Shown here piece by piece: positions 6,282-16,361 of a stretch of DNA of 40,656 nt (positions within the stretch are counted from its first letter, which is position 1; each line of letters starts with the position of its first letter). The stretch lies in the sequence record OZ035777.1. The stretch is one strand, 5' to 3'. The DNA comes from Przondovirus NAN33P1. The notes under the pieces are model-generated. The model was given only the letters and a program-made list of their open reading frames with translations. It was not told the origin of the DNA and ran no database searches. Position numbers and translations under genes: made by a program.

Positions 6282-9002
6282 ATGAACGCATTAAACATTG
6301 CACGTAATGACTTCTCAGAGATTGAACTGGCCGCTATTCCGTACAACATCCTCAGCGAGCACTACGGGGACAAACTGGCACGTGAGCAGTTAGCACTCGA
6401 ACATGAAGCGTACGAGCTGGGCGAGCAGCGTTTCCTGAAGATGCTGGAACGTCAGGTTAAAGCTGGTGAGTTCGCTGACAACGTGGCCGCTAAGCCGCTG
6501 GTCTTAACGTTGCACCCACAGTTAACCAAGCGTATTGACGACTGGAAGGAGGAGCAAGCAAACGCTCGCGGTAAGAAGCCTCGCGCATACTATCCGATTA
6601 AGCACGGTGTGGCCTCAGAGTTAGCCATTAGCATGGGCGCTGAGGTGCTCAACGAGAAGCGCGGAGTGTCCAGTGAGGCAATCGCACTGCTAACCATTAA
6701 GGTAGTCTTAGGGACGCTCACAGACGCCTCAAAGGCCACCATCCAGCAGGTATCCTCTCAGTTAGGTAAGGCCCTTGAGGATGAGGCCCGCTTCGGTCGT
6801 ATTCGTGAGCAGGAAGCCACCTACTTCAAGAAGAACGTAGCGGACCAGCTGGACAAGCGCGTAGGCCACGTGTACAAGAAGGCTTTCATGCAGGTTGTCG
6901 AGGCCGATATGATTTCCAAAGGGATGCTGGGTGGTGACAACTGGGCGAGCTGGAAGACCGACGAGCAGATGCACGTGGGGACCAAGCTGCTAGAGTTACT
7001 CATTGAGGGCACTGGTCTGGTGGAAATGACCAAGAACAAGATGGCCGATGGCTCCGACGATGTGACCAGTATGCAGATGGTCCAGCTGGCTCCGGCCTTT
7101 GTGGAACTCCTGAGCAAACGAGCAGGCGCACTCGCAGGTATCAGCCCGATGTACCAGCCGTGCGTAGTCCCTCCGAAACCTTGGGTTGGAACTGTGGGTG
7201 GAGGCTACTGGTCAGTCGGTCGTCGCCCGCTGGCACTGGTGCGTACCCACTCCAAGAAGGCACTGCGCCGCTATGAAGACGTGCACATGCCTGAGGTGTA
7301 CAAAGCAGTCAATCTCGCGCAAAACACGCCGTGGAAGGTGAACAAGAAGGTGCTGGCGGTAGTCAACGAGATTGTCAACTGGAAGCACTGCCCGGTGGGT
7401 GACGTCCCGGCGATTGAGCGCGAAGAATTACCACCACGCCCGGACGATATCGATACCAACGAGGTGGCACGCAAGGCTTGGCGCAAGGAGGCCGCAGCGG
7501 TCTACCGTAAGGACAAGGCACGACAGTCTCGCCGTTTGTCAATGGAGTTCATGGTTGCACAGGCCAACAAATTCGCTAACCATAAGGCCATCTGGTTCCC
7601 ATACAACATGGACTGGCGTGGACGTGTGTACGCTGTTAGCATGTTCAACCCGCAGGGTAACGACATGACTAAGGGTATGCTGACACTGGCCAAGGGCAAA
7701 CCGATTGGTCTCGATGGGTTCTACTGGCTGAAGATTCACGGTGCAAACTGTGCAGGCGTCGATAAGGTTCCTTTCCCTGAGCGCATCAAGTTCATCGAAG
7801 AGAACGAGGGCAACATTCTGGCGAGCGCAGCCGACCCACTGAATAACACTTGGTGGACCCAGCAGGATTCGCCGTTCTGTTTCCTAGCGTTCTGCTTTGA
7901 GTATGCAGGCGTTAAACATCACGGCCTGAATTACAACTGCTCGCTGCCGCTGGCGTTCGATGGGTCATGCTCTGGGATTCAGCACTTCAGCGCAATGCTC
8001 CGCGATTCCATCGGTGGCCGTGCGGTAAACCTGCTGCCATCTGATACCGTGCAGGATATCTACAAGATTGTGGCCGATAAGGTCAACGAGGTGCTCCACC
8101 AGCACGTTGTCAACGGGTCTCAGACGGTGGTCGAGCAGATTGCAGACAAGAAGACTGGGGAGTTCCGCGAGAAGGTAACACTGGGTGAGTCCGTGCTGGC
8201 TGCTCAGTGGTTGCAATATGGTGTTACCCGTAAGGTGACTAAGCGTTCGGTCATGACGCTGGCGTACGGTTCCAAAGAGTTTGGCTTCCGCCAGCAAGTT
8301 CTTGAGGACACCATTCAGCCAGCTATTGATAACGGCGAGGGCTTGATGTTTACGCACCCTAACCAAGCGGCTGGCTATATGGCTAAGCTGATTTGGGACG
8401 CTGTTACCGTGACCGTAGTGGCCGCTGTCGAGGCTATGAACTGGCTGAAGTCTGCTGCTAAACTGCTGGCCGCTGAAGTCAAGGACAAGAAGACCAAAGC
8501 GGTGCTCCGTAAGCGCTGCGCAATCCACTGGGTAACACCAGACGGCTTCCCGGTGTGGCAGGAATATCACAAGCGCGACCAAGCGCGCCTGAAGCTGACG
8601 TTTCTAGGTCAGGCCAACGTGTTCATGACGTACAACAAAGGGGAAGCCAAAGAGATTGACGCACATAAGCAGGAGTCAGGAATCGCTCCTAACTTTGTGC
8701 ACTCACAGGATGGTAGTCACCTGCGCATGACCGTAGTGCACGCCAACGAGGTCTACGGGATTGACTCCTTCGCGCTCATTCACGACTCCTTCGGGACCAT
8801 TCCGGCAGATGCTGGGAATCTATTTAAGGCAGTCCGTGAGACGATGGTAAAGACCTACGAGGATAACGATGTGATTGCAGACTTCTATGACCAGTTCGCT
8901 GACCAGCTGCACGAGTCTCAGCTCGATAAGATGCCTGAGGTACCAGCCAAAGGGGACCTGAATCTGCGCGATATCTTAGAGTCTGACTTTGCGTTCGCGT
9001 GA
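6282..9002 (+). CDS. single-subunit DNA-directed RNA polymerase (T7 gene 1 homolog)
   Basis: 906 aa (the size I recall for K11 RNAP; T7 is 883). Collinear with T7 RNAP throughout, including the C-terminus ...IHDSFGTIPADA.NLFKAVRETMV.TYE..DV.ADFYDQFADQLHESQLDKMP..PAKG.LNLRDILESDFAFA. Confidence 0.98.
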   Translation: MNALNIARNDFSEIELAAIPYNILSEHYGDKLAREQLALEHEAYELGEQRFLKMLERQVKAGEFADNVAAKPLVLTLHPQLTKRIDDWKEEQANARGKKPRAYYPIKHGVASELAISMGAEVLNEKRGVSSEAIALLTIKVVLGTLTDASKATIQQVSSQLGKALEDEARFGRIREQEATYFKKNVADQLDKRVGHVYKKAFMQVVEADMISKGMLGGDNWASWKTDEQMHVGTKLLELLIEGTGLVEMTKNKMADGSDDVTSMQMVQLAPAFVELLSKRAGALAGISPMYQPCVVPPKPWVGTVGGGYWSVGRRPLALVRTHSKKALRRYEDVHMPEVYKAVNLAQNTPWKVNKKVLAVVNEIVNWKHCPVGDVPAIEREELPPRPDDIDTNEVARKAWRKEAAAVYRKDKARQSRRLSMEFMVAQANKFANHKAIWFPYNMDWRGRVYAVSMFNPQGNDMTKGMLTLAKGKPIGLDGFYWLKIHGANCAGVDKVPFPERIKFIEENEGNILASAADPLNNTWWTQQDSPFCFLAFCFEYAGVKHHGLNYNCSLPLAFDGSCSGIQHFSAMLRDSIGGRAVNLLPSDTVQDIYKIVADKVNEVLHQHVVNGSQTVVEQIADKKTGEFREKVTLGESVLAAQWLQYGVTRKVTKRSVMTLAYGSKEFGFRQQVLEDTIQPAIDNGEGLMFTHPNQAAGYMAKLIWDAVTVTVVAAVEAMNWLKSAAKLLAAEVKDKKTKAVLRKRCAIHWVTPDGFPVWQEYHKRDQARLKLTFLGQANVFMTYNKGEAKEIDAHKQESGIAPNFVHSQDGSHLRMTVVHANEVYGIDSFALIHDSFGTIPADAGNLFKAVRETMVKTYEDNDVIADFYDQFADQLHESQLDKMPEVPAKGDLNLRDILESDFAFA

Positions 9003-9012
9003 GGTCTCCGGT

Positions 9013-9035
9013 AATTAGGTAGCACTATAGGGACC
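9013..9035 (+). promoter_or_regulatory. phage RNAP promoter (immediately after gene 1)
   Basis: AATTAGGTAGCACTATAGGGACC; -17 to +4 match consensus; +1 G at 9030. Drives the 9093-9656 gene. Confidence 0.75.
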
Positions 9036-9092
9036 TGCTCTCTGGGTCCATATACTTAAAGACAACTTAAAGTAAACTTAAAGAGGCACGCT

Positions 9093-9656
9093 ATGACTTA
9101 CTCAATCGTTGTAACCATCTTGTTAATCGTTGTAACCATCCTGTTCATCCGGTCTGTACTGCACGCAAACGACCTACAGAGCACTCTTAGCTCAAAGATG
9201 GAAATGCACAAACAGGCCATAGAGTCAGCTGTCACCAAGGTACGTCGGGCAGAAGAGGACAGAGAATCATACTCCCGAAGGTTACAGCACATTGAGGACC
9301 TACTGTATGCTGAGAAAGACAGGGTGACGACTCTAAGTGGGCACATCACAACCCAGCGTGACCGAATGAAGCATCTCCGTAAGAACAACGATGAGTTACT
9401 GAACGAGCTGATGCTGGTCTCCGACCTGATTCACGTTAAGTTCACCGCTGTGTTGCCTGACGGTACCCACTCTAAGACGCTCTTTAAGTTAGGACTTGGG
9501 CCGTGTGGTCTGCACGTTAAGTCCCTCCGCTGGACCGAGCTTGAAGACCGCTATCTGATAGACCAGCTGTGCACCAATGGCGAGCGTAAGCAGTTCGTCT
9601 ACTACAAGAGCGAAGTAGTAGGACGCATCGAGTTCCGCCACGGTAAGTCTGAATAA
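9093..9656 (+). CDS. hypothetical membrane-anchored coiled-coil protein (no T7 counterpart recognised)
   Basis: 187 aa, ATG 9093 with SD AAGAGG (9081-9086). N-terminal TM helix encoded by a 2x21-nt tandem repeat (9104-9145, IVVTILL/IVVTILF), a heptad-rich charged central region, and a C-terminal domain with Cys residues. Lies between RNAP and gene 1.1. Confidence 0.7.
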   Translation: MTYSIVVTILLIVVTILFIRSVLHANDLQSTLSSKMEMHKQAIESAVTKVRRAEEDRESYSRRLQHIEDLLYAEKDRVTTLSGHITTQRDRMKHLRKNNDELLNELMLVSDLIHVKFTAVLPDGTHSKTLFKLGLGPCGLHVKSLRWTELEDRYLIDQLCTNGERKQFVYYKSEVVGRIEFRHGKSE

Positions 9657-9674
9657 GGTAGCACTATAGGAACA
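9652..9674 (+). promoter_or_regulatory. degenerate phage RNAP promoter (phi-1.1-like)
   Basis: AATAAGGTAGCACTATAGGAACA; core GGTAGCACTATAGG intact, three mismatches at -14, +3 and +5. Overlaps the stop codon of the upstream gene and directly precedes an R1.1-like hairpin, as phi-1.1A does in T7. Confidence 0.5.
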
Positions 9675-9675
9675 T

Positions 9676-9707
9676 ACTCAAGGTCATCATCTGGTGGCCT
9701 TTATGAA
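9676..9707 (+). promoter_or_regulatory. RNase III processing hairpin (T7 R1.1-like)
   Basis: ACTCAAGGTCATCATCTGGTGGCCTTTATGAATG; near-identical ends to the T7 R1.1 site (ACUCAAGGUCAU...GUGGCCUUUAUGAUUG as recalled). Stem 9680-9689 pairs with 9692-9701. Confidence 0.7.
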
Positions 9708-9737
9708 TGTCCCTAACAACCACTCAGGAGCAACACT

Positions 9738-9914
9738 ATGTACCAGAACACAATCAACTTCGAGCGTACCCGCGAACGTCAGCAGACCGAGGGTTATATT
9801 CCTAAGGGCCGCAAGCTGAACAAGACGAAACGAGGTGGTGGCGTGAAGGGTTCCTTCCGTAACGCGAAGGGTGACAGCGTTGTTAACCAAGAGAAATACT
9901 TTGTAGGAGCATAA
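9738..9914 (+). CDS. gene 1.1-like small basic protein
   Basis: 58-aa ORF not in the track: MYQNTINFERTRERQQTEGYIPKGRKLNKTKRGGGVKGSFRNAKGDSVVNQEKYFVGA. SD AGGAG 9726-9730. Shares the KGRKLNKTKR motif of T7 gp1.1 as recalled. Confidence 0.6.
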   Translation: MYQNTINFERTRERQQTEGYIPKGRKLNKTKRGGGVKGSFRNAKGDSVVNQEKYFVGA

Positions 9915-9917
9915 CAA

Positions 9918-10175
9918 ATGGCTAAGCAAACTAAATGGCTGTTCGATGGAAGCACTTCGCAGTGGTCTCGTTTAGGAGCAGCGGAGCGCAGACTGATGGA
10001 TACGACAGGACTACACGTGGTCATGCTTGACGACCCGTTCACTAACACCGTGGTATTCAACGTGTTTGAGCCACGCGGGTCGCTTCTAATAAGCAAGCGG
10101 TTCAGCCGCTGGTCAATTGACTCAGCGTCAGACTGGCTGGCAAAACTCATGGTAGACTACTCAAGTTGGAAATGA
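9918..10175 (+). CDS. gene 1.2-like protein (candidate host dGTPase inhibitor)
   Basis: 85 aa, the same length and position as T7 gp1.2; SD AGGAG 9905-9909. Sequence similarity to T7 gp1.2 was not established by eye; assignment is by synteny and size. Confidence 0.5.
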   Translation: MAKQTKWLFDGSTSQWSRLGAAERRLMDTTGLHVVMLDDPFTNTVVFNVFEPRGSLLISKRFSRWSIDSASDWLAKLMVDYSSWK

Positions 10176-10196
10176 TTAGGTAGCACTATAGGCAGA
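10174..10196 (+). promoter_or_regulatory. phage RNAP promoter (phi-1.3-like)
   Basis: GATTAGGTAGCACTATAGGCAGA; mismatches at -17 and +3; +1 G at 10191. Precedes the ligase gene. Confidence 0.65.
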
Positions 10197-10230
10197 CTCA
10201 AGGTCATCGGATTCCGGTGGCCTTTATGAT
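10196..10230 (+). promoter_or_regulatory. RNase III processing hairpin (T7 R1.3-like)
   Basis: ACTCAAGGTCATCGGATTCCGGTGGCCTTTATGATTG; 11-bp stem (10200-10210 pairs with 10214-10224), same conserved flanks as the other family members. Confidence 0.7.
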
Positions 10231-10280
10231 TGCTTATTGCACACTAAATGAACACTACACTACACTTCGGAGACATCCTC

Positions 10281-11342
10281 ATGATGAACATTAAGACTAA
10301 TCCATTTAAGGCCGTATCGTTCGTTCGCTCTGCTATCGAGAAGGCGTTGGAGACTTCCGGTTACCTCATCGCAGACACTAAGCACGATGGTGTGCGCGGG
10401 AACATCTGCGTAGACAACACGGCCAACACAGCGTGGCTCAGTCGGGTCTCCAAGACCATTCCGGCCCTTGAGCATCTCAACGGTTTCGACCAGCGCTGGC
10501 AGAAGTTACTGAAAGATGACCGCTGGATTTTCCCGGACGGCTTTATGCTTGATGGTGAACTAATGGTCAAAGGCGTGGACTTTAACACCGGGTCTGGCCT
10601 ACTGCGCACCAAGTGGCTGAAAGCTAAGAACTATGAGTTCTCAACATACGCCATTGAGAAAGAGTGGGATAACCCTAAGGGTAAAGTACCATTCCACCTC
10701 AATAGTGCCGACCTCAAAGTTGTTCTGTACGATATCATTCCGCTTGACATTATCGAGTCCGGCGATGACTACGAAGTGATGACACTGCTGCGCCTTGAGC
10801 ACGTCAAGGTAGCCTTACCAGTCCTGCAAGACCACTTCCCTGAAGTTGAGTGGTGCCTCTCGGAGTCCCATGAAGTTTACGACATGGACGAACTCGATGC
10901 GCTGTACCGACAGAAACGTGAAGAAGGTCATGAAGGTCTAGTGGTTAAGGACCCTCGCGGTATCTATAAGCGCGGTAAGAAGTCCGGCTGGTGGAAACTG
11001 AAGCCAGAGAATGAGGCTGACGGCGTCGTTGTGGGACTCAACTGGGGAACTCCCGGTCTTGCCAACGAGGGAAAGGTGATTGGCTTCGAGGTTCTCCTTG
11101 AGTCTGGTCGAGTGGTATCCGCCAACAACATCTCTCAGGCACTTATGGAAGAATTCACCAAGCGCGTTAAAGAGTACACCACTGAGTGTAACGCCAACGA
11201 AGCTGGGTGTTGGTACATGAATCCTTACGAGGGCTGGGCTTGTCAAATCAAGTACATGGAGGAAACTCCAGACGGCTCCCTGCGTCACCCGTCGTTCGAC
11301 AAATGGCGCGGAACAGAGGAAGACCCTACCGTTAAGATGTAA
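10281..11342 (+). CDS. ATP-dependent DNA ligase (T7 gene 1.3 homolog)
   Basis: 353 aa from ATG 10281 (MMNIKTNPFKAVSFV..., SD GGAGA 10269-10273). Collinear with T7 ligase, including the adenylation-site lysine context (IADTKHDGVRG) and ...EGHEGLVVKDP...YKRGKKSGWWK(L/M)KPE. The track start at 10248 lacks an SD. Confidence 0.95.
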   Translation: MMNIKTNPFKAVSFVRSAIEKALETSGYLIADTKHDGVRGNICVDNTANTAWLSRVSKTIPALEHLNGFDQRWQKLLKDDRWIFPDGFMLDGELMVKGVDFNTGSGLLRTKWLKAKNYEFSTYAIEKEWDNPKGKVPFHLNSADLKVVLYDIIPLDIIESGDDYEVMTLLRLEHVKVALPVLQDHFPEVEWCLSESHEVYDMDELDALYRQKREEGHEGLVVKDPRGIYKRGKKSGWWKLKPENEADGVVVGLNWGTPGLANEGKVIGFEVLLESGRVVSANNISQALMEEFTKRVKEYTTECNANEAGCWYMNPYEGWACQIKYMEETPDGSLRHPSFDKWRGTEEDPTVKM

Positions 11343-11363
11343 TTAGGTAGCACTATAGGAGAC
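11341..11363 (+). promoter_or_regulatory. phage RNAP promoter
   Basis: AATTAGGTAGCACTATAGGAGAC; -17 to -1 match consensus exactly, initiating region is GGAGA (one G short). Overlaps the ligase stop codon. Confidence 0.7.
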
Positions 11364-11369
11364 AACAAT

Positions 11370-11459
11370 ATGTCCATCAATCTGATTCTAATCATCGTGT
11401 TCATCCTCGCGGCTATCGTGTGGTCAATGAACGACGAGCCACCATACAGCGGAGGCTAA
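11370..11459 (+). CDS. hypothetical 29-aa membrane peptide
   Basis: Unlisted micro-ORF MSINLILIIVFILAAIVWSMNDEPPYSGG, 12 nt downstream of the promoter +1; hydrophobic core; its stop lies 3 nt before the next gene start. Confidence 0.3.
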   Translation: MSINLILIIVFILAAIVWSMNDEPPYSGG

Positions 11460-11462
11460 ACC

Positions 11463-11726
11463 ATGCGTTTACATTACAACAAAACAAACGGAATCTTCTC
11501 GGTTCGCCGGGAGGATCGCAGCACTGTAGCGGCCTCGGAGCGCCACGGTAAGATTCCACGTATCGGCGACACCTTCGAGCTGGCACCCAGCGTGCACATC
11601 TTGGTTACTCGCGGTCTCTACGAATTGGCTCAGACTAAGAGCCGTCCTTTCGTACCCGTTGTGGTAACCAAGTGGCCACGCCTTCGCCTGTTCTGGGAGC
11701 GACTCAAGGAGGTGGTCAATGAGTGA
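11463..11726 (+). CDS. hypothetical protein (87 aa; gene 1.5/1.6 region)
   Basis: ATG 11463 with SD GGAGG 11451-11455. MRLHYNKTNGIFSVRREDRSTVAASERHGKIPRIGDTFELAPSVHILVTRG... Function unknown. Confidence 0.6.
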   Translation: MRLHYNKTNGIFSVRREDRSTVAASERHGKIPRIGDTFELAPSVHILVTRGLYELAQTKSRPFVPVVVTKWPRLRLFWERLKEVVNE

Positions 11727-12054
11727 GCACAAGGACCACTGCGCATCACTGCACAGCTTCCGAGCGTGTGATTGTGGTGCTGTACCAGTACGTAACACCA
11801 TTCCTATTGGTACCGTTGATGACGGTGTTAAACAGCCAAGTCATTACCAGCTGTTCGAAGGCGTCGAGGCCATCGAGGTGATTGCTCGCAGCATGACCCA
11901 AGAGATGTTCAAAGGTTACTGCCTCGGGAACATCCTCAAGTATCGCCTTCGGGCCGGGAAGAAGTCCGAGCTGGCAACCTTAGAGAAAGACATGGCGAAG
12001 GCCACTTTCTATCTGGAGCTGTATGCAAAATATAAGGGGTCGTGTCATGATTGA
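11719..12054 (+). CDS. hypothetical Cys/His-rich protein (111 aa)
   Basis: ATG 11719 with SD AAGGAGG 11706-11712, overlapping the upstream stop. N-terminal HCASLHSFRACDCG suggests metal binding. Confidence 0.6.
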   Translation: MSEHKDHCASLHSFRACDCGAVPVRNTIPIGTVDDGVKQPSHYQLFEGVEAIEVIARSMTQEMFKGYCLGNILKYRLRAGKKSELATLEKDMAKATFYLELYAKYKGSCHD

Positions 12055-12184
12055 ATTAACACCGAGTAGAATTAAAATCCTGAAAATTTGGGCCAATGAT
12101 ATACTAAGACTCTATCAAACTGAGGACTTCACCAAGGAGGAGCTTGAGTTCATAGAGGAGATTTTAGAGAATGAACCCGAGTGA
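12047..12184 (+). CDS. hypothetical acidic 45-aa protein (gene 1.8 position)
   Basis: Unlisted ORF MIELTPSRIKILKIWANDILRLYQTEDFTKEELEFIEEILENEPE; ATG 12047 overlaps the upstream stop; AAGGGG 12033-12038. Confidence 0.35.
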   Translation: MIELTPSRIKILKIWANDILRLYQTEDFTKEELEFIEEILENEPE

Positions 12185-12261
12185 ATGGGCAAGAAGGATG
12201 TACGAGAAGACGCTCGACCCTGCGTACATCACCCTGTATAACATGTGGAAGGAGCGAGAAG

Positions 12262-12426
12262 ATGCAAAAGTTCGTCGTAACGGTCGAGACAGCTAACGCA
12301 TCGTACGAACTCCCGGTACACGCTGGGTCTCTTGAGGAGGCCCTCGAAGTTGCCGAGGCGGAGTACGAAGAGTTAGGCCAAGTGACTAGGGTACGCCCGG
12401 ATACTACTTTCGGGTTCGACCTGTAG
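12262..12426 (+). CDS. host RNA polymerase inhibitor (T7 gene 2 homolog)
   Basis: 54 aa from ATG 12262 (SD AAGGAG 12248-12253): MQKFVVTVETANASYELPVHAGSLEEALEVAEAEYEELGQVTRVRPDTTFGFDL. Shares F.VTVE...E.P..A.SLEEALE.AE..Y...VTRVRP with T7 Gp2 as recalled. Confidence 0.8.
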   Translation: MQKFVVTVETANASYELPVHAGSLEEALEVAEAEYEELGQVTRVRPDTTFGFDL

Positions 12427-12427
12427 T

Positions 12428-12450
12428 CATTAGGTAGCACTATAGGGACA
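12428..12450 (+). promoter_or_regulatory. phage RNAP promoter (phi-2.5-like)
   Basis: CATTAGGTAGCACTATAGGGACA; mismatch at -17; +1 G at 12445. The transcript 5-prime end can fold GGGACA/TGTCCC (12445-12461). Confidence 0.7.
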
Positions 12451-12492
12451 CAAGCTGTCCCTCTCACTGTTTAAACTTAAAGGAGATTCATC

Positions 12493-13188
12493 ATGGCATT
12501 CGCTAAGAAGAAGATTTATACCACCAAGATTGGTACCTGTGAGCCGTACGCTTACTTCAACAAGCCGGACTATGGCGGTGAGGGTTTTGAGAACCCACGC
12601 GGTACCTACAAGGGTTCCGTAACGTTCAAGAACGAAGACTGTCAGGAGCTGGTAGACCTCATCGTTAAGACCCATGAGGAAAACTACGCGGCCCGTCTGG
12701 AAGCTCACGAAGCGAACCCGCCGAAGGTTCAGAAGGGTAAGAAACCTCTGAAGCCGTACGAAGGCGACATGCCGTTCTTCGACAACGGTGATGGTACCAC
12801 CACGTTCAACTTCAAGTGCTACGGTTCATACGAAGACAAGAAGACTGGCGAGACCAAGAAGATTGTTCTGGGTGTAGTTGATGCTAAGGGCAAGCGCATT
12901 CAGGACGTGCCGATTATCGGTGGCGGCTCCAAGGTCAAGATTCGCTTCTCGCTGGTACCGTACGGCTGGTCTGCGGTAGCTGGTGCTTCCGTTAAGTTGC
13001 AGCTGGAAGGCGTCATGCTGGTCGAACTGGCTACCTTTGGTGGTGGCGAAGATGACTGGGTGGACGAGGCTGTCGAAGGCGGTTACGAAGCCAATGAACC
13101 TCGCAGCCGTAAACCTCAGGAAGACCCGGAAGATTGGTCTGGTGAGGAAGCTGACGAGGGCGAAGCTGAAGAAGACGATGACTTCTAA
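12493..13188 (+). CDS. single-stranded DNA-binding protein (T7 gene 2.5 homolog)
   Basis: 231 aa; ...EPYAY(F/I).KPDYG...KKPLKPYEGDMPFFDNGDGTTTF.FKCY...VPIIGGGSK.K...LVPY.W....GASVKLQLE.VMLVELATFGGGEDDW... with the acidic C-terminal tail ending DDF, collinear with T7 gp2.5. Confidence 0.96.
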   Translation: MAFAKKKIYTTKIGTCEPYAYFNKPDYGGEGFENPRGTYKGSVTFKNEDCQELVDLIVKTHEENYAARLEAHEANPPKVQKGKKPLKPYEGDMPFFDNGDGTTTFNFKCYGSYEDKKTGETKKIVLGVVDAKGKRIQDVPIIGGGSKVKIRFSLVPYGWSAVAGASVKLQLEGVMLVELATFGGGEDDWVDEAVEGGYEANEPRSRKPQEDPEDWSGEEADEGEAEEDDDF

Positions 13189-13637
13189 TGGCTGGCTATG
13201 GGGCCAAAGGGATTCGGAAGGTGGGTGCCTTCCGGTCTGGCCTTGAGGACAAGGTGTCCAAGCAGTTAGAATCAAAGGGCGTCACGTTCGATTATGAATT
13301 GTGGCGCATCCCTTATGTTATTCCTGCGAGTGACCACCTTTACACCCCAGACTTCTTGTTACCCAACGGTATCTTCGTGGAGACTAAGGGTCTCTGGGAA
13401 GCCGAGGACCGCAAGAAGCATCTACTGATTCGTGAGCAACATCCAGAGCTAGACATTCGTCTGGTATTCTCGTCGTCACGGACCAAGATTTACAAAGGGT
13501 CGCCCACCAGTTACGCTGAGTGGTGCGAGAAGCATAACATCTTGTTTGCCGACAAATTGATTCCCGTAGACTGGCTGAAGGAGCCGAAGCGTGATGTACC
13601 GTTCGGCAAGTTCAAGCAGAAGAAAGGAGCAAAGTAA
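13188..13637 (+). CDS. endonuclease I, Holliday junction resolvase (T7 gene 3 homolog)
   Basis: 149 aa, nearly identical over long stretches to T7 gp3 (MAGYGAKGIRKVGAFRSGLEDKVSKQLESKG...PDFLLPNGIFVETKGLWE..DRKKHLLIREQHPELDIR.VFSSSRTK.YKGSPTSY). ATG overlaps the gp2.5 stop. Confidence 0.96.
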   Translation: MAGYGAKGIRKVGAFRSGLEDKVSKQLESKGVTFDYELWRIPYVIPASDHLYTPDFLLPNGIFVETKGLWEAEDRKKHLLIREQHPELDIRLVFSSSRTKIYKGSPTSYAEWCEKHNILFADKLIPVDWLKEPKRDVPFGKFKQKKGAK

Positions 13638-13639
13638 GT

Positions 13640-14095
13640 ATGGCTAAGGTTCAATTCACTAAGCGACAGGAGACCTCTCAGATTTTCGTGCACTGTTCTG
13701 CCACTAAGGTAACCATGGACATCGGTGTCCGCGAGATTCGCCAGTGGCACAAAGAGCAGGGCTGGCTGGACGTAGGGTATCACTTCATCATCCGTCGTGA
13801 TGGTACCGTTGAGGCGGGCCGTGACCAAGACGCTGTAGGTTCACACGTCAAGGGGTACAACTCGACTTCTGTCGGTGTGTGTCTGGTAGGTGGTATCGAC
13901 TCCAAGGGTAACCCTGAAGCAAACTTCACGCCAGCCCAGATGCAGTCTCTGCGCTCACTGCTGGTAGAACTGAAGGTGCAATACTCCGGGGCAGTGTTGA
14001 TGGCACACCATGATGTAGCGCCGAAGGCTTGCCCGAGCTTCGACCTGAAGCGCTGGTGGGAGAAGAACGAATTGGTCACTTCTGACCGTGGGTAA
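13640..14095 (+). CDS. lysozyme / N-acetylmuramoyl-L-alanine amidase (T7 gene 3.5 homolog)
   Basis: 151 aa; ...IFVHCSATK....GVREIRQWHKEQGWLDVGYHFII.RDGTVEAGRD...VGSH.KGYN..S.GVCLVGGID.KG...ANFTPAQMQSLRSLLV.L.....GAVL.AHH.VAPKACPSFDLKRWWEKNELVTSDRG, collinear with T7 lysozyme. Confidence 0.96.
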   Translation: MAKVQFTKRQETSQIFVHCSATKVTMDIGVREIRQWHKEQGWLDVGYHFIIRRDGTVEAGRDQDAVGSHVKGYNSTSVGVCLVGGIDSKGNPEANFTPAQMQSLRSLLVELKVQYSGAVLMAHHDVAPKACPSFDLKRWWEKNELVTSDRG

Positions 14096-14096
14096 A

Positions 14097-16008
<1,912 letters not shown>

Positions 16009-16073
16009 GAAATGTCAATGCCCAGCATGTGACTGGGCGTCACCATACGGTAACCACTGAAAGGAGAACCATC

Positions 16074-16283
16074 ATGTTTAAACTTATCGAAGCATTAGGA
16101 CGTCTGGTCATCGCGCTGTACGTACGCGAAGCCAAGGCGCTGGACAAAGCGTCCAAGGTTGAAGCGGAAGCAGCCGCTAAGCTGGCTAAAGCCGCCGACA
16201 AGGCACGTCAAGCGTCTCTGGACGCAACCGCAGAGGCAGCGAAAGTTGCACTTAAAGCCCAGAAACTTAAGGAGTTCTTCTAA
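16074..16283 (+). CDS. gene 4.3-like small protein
   Basis: 69 aa from ATG 16074 (SD AAGGAGA 16061-16067); MFKLIEALGRLVIALYV...KLKEFF, an Ala/Lys-rich helical protein resembling T7 gp4.3 (MFKLIKKLGQLL...) as recalled. Confidence 0.6.
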   Translation: MFKLIEALGRLVIALYVREAKALDKASKVEAEAAAKLAKAADKARQASLDATAEAAKVALKAQKLKEFF

Positions 16284-16361
16284 CCCATGGACATTTACGT
16301 GCTAGTCGGTATGCTTATTGGCGTCCTGCTCATACACCTATTAACATAAGGAGTTCTTCTA

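Noticed and set aside
10248-10280. Upstream start (10248) for DNA ligase
   Set aside because: No SD precedes it; the T7-like N-terminus MMNIKTNPF begins at 10281 with GGAGA 7 nt upstream.
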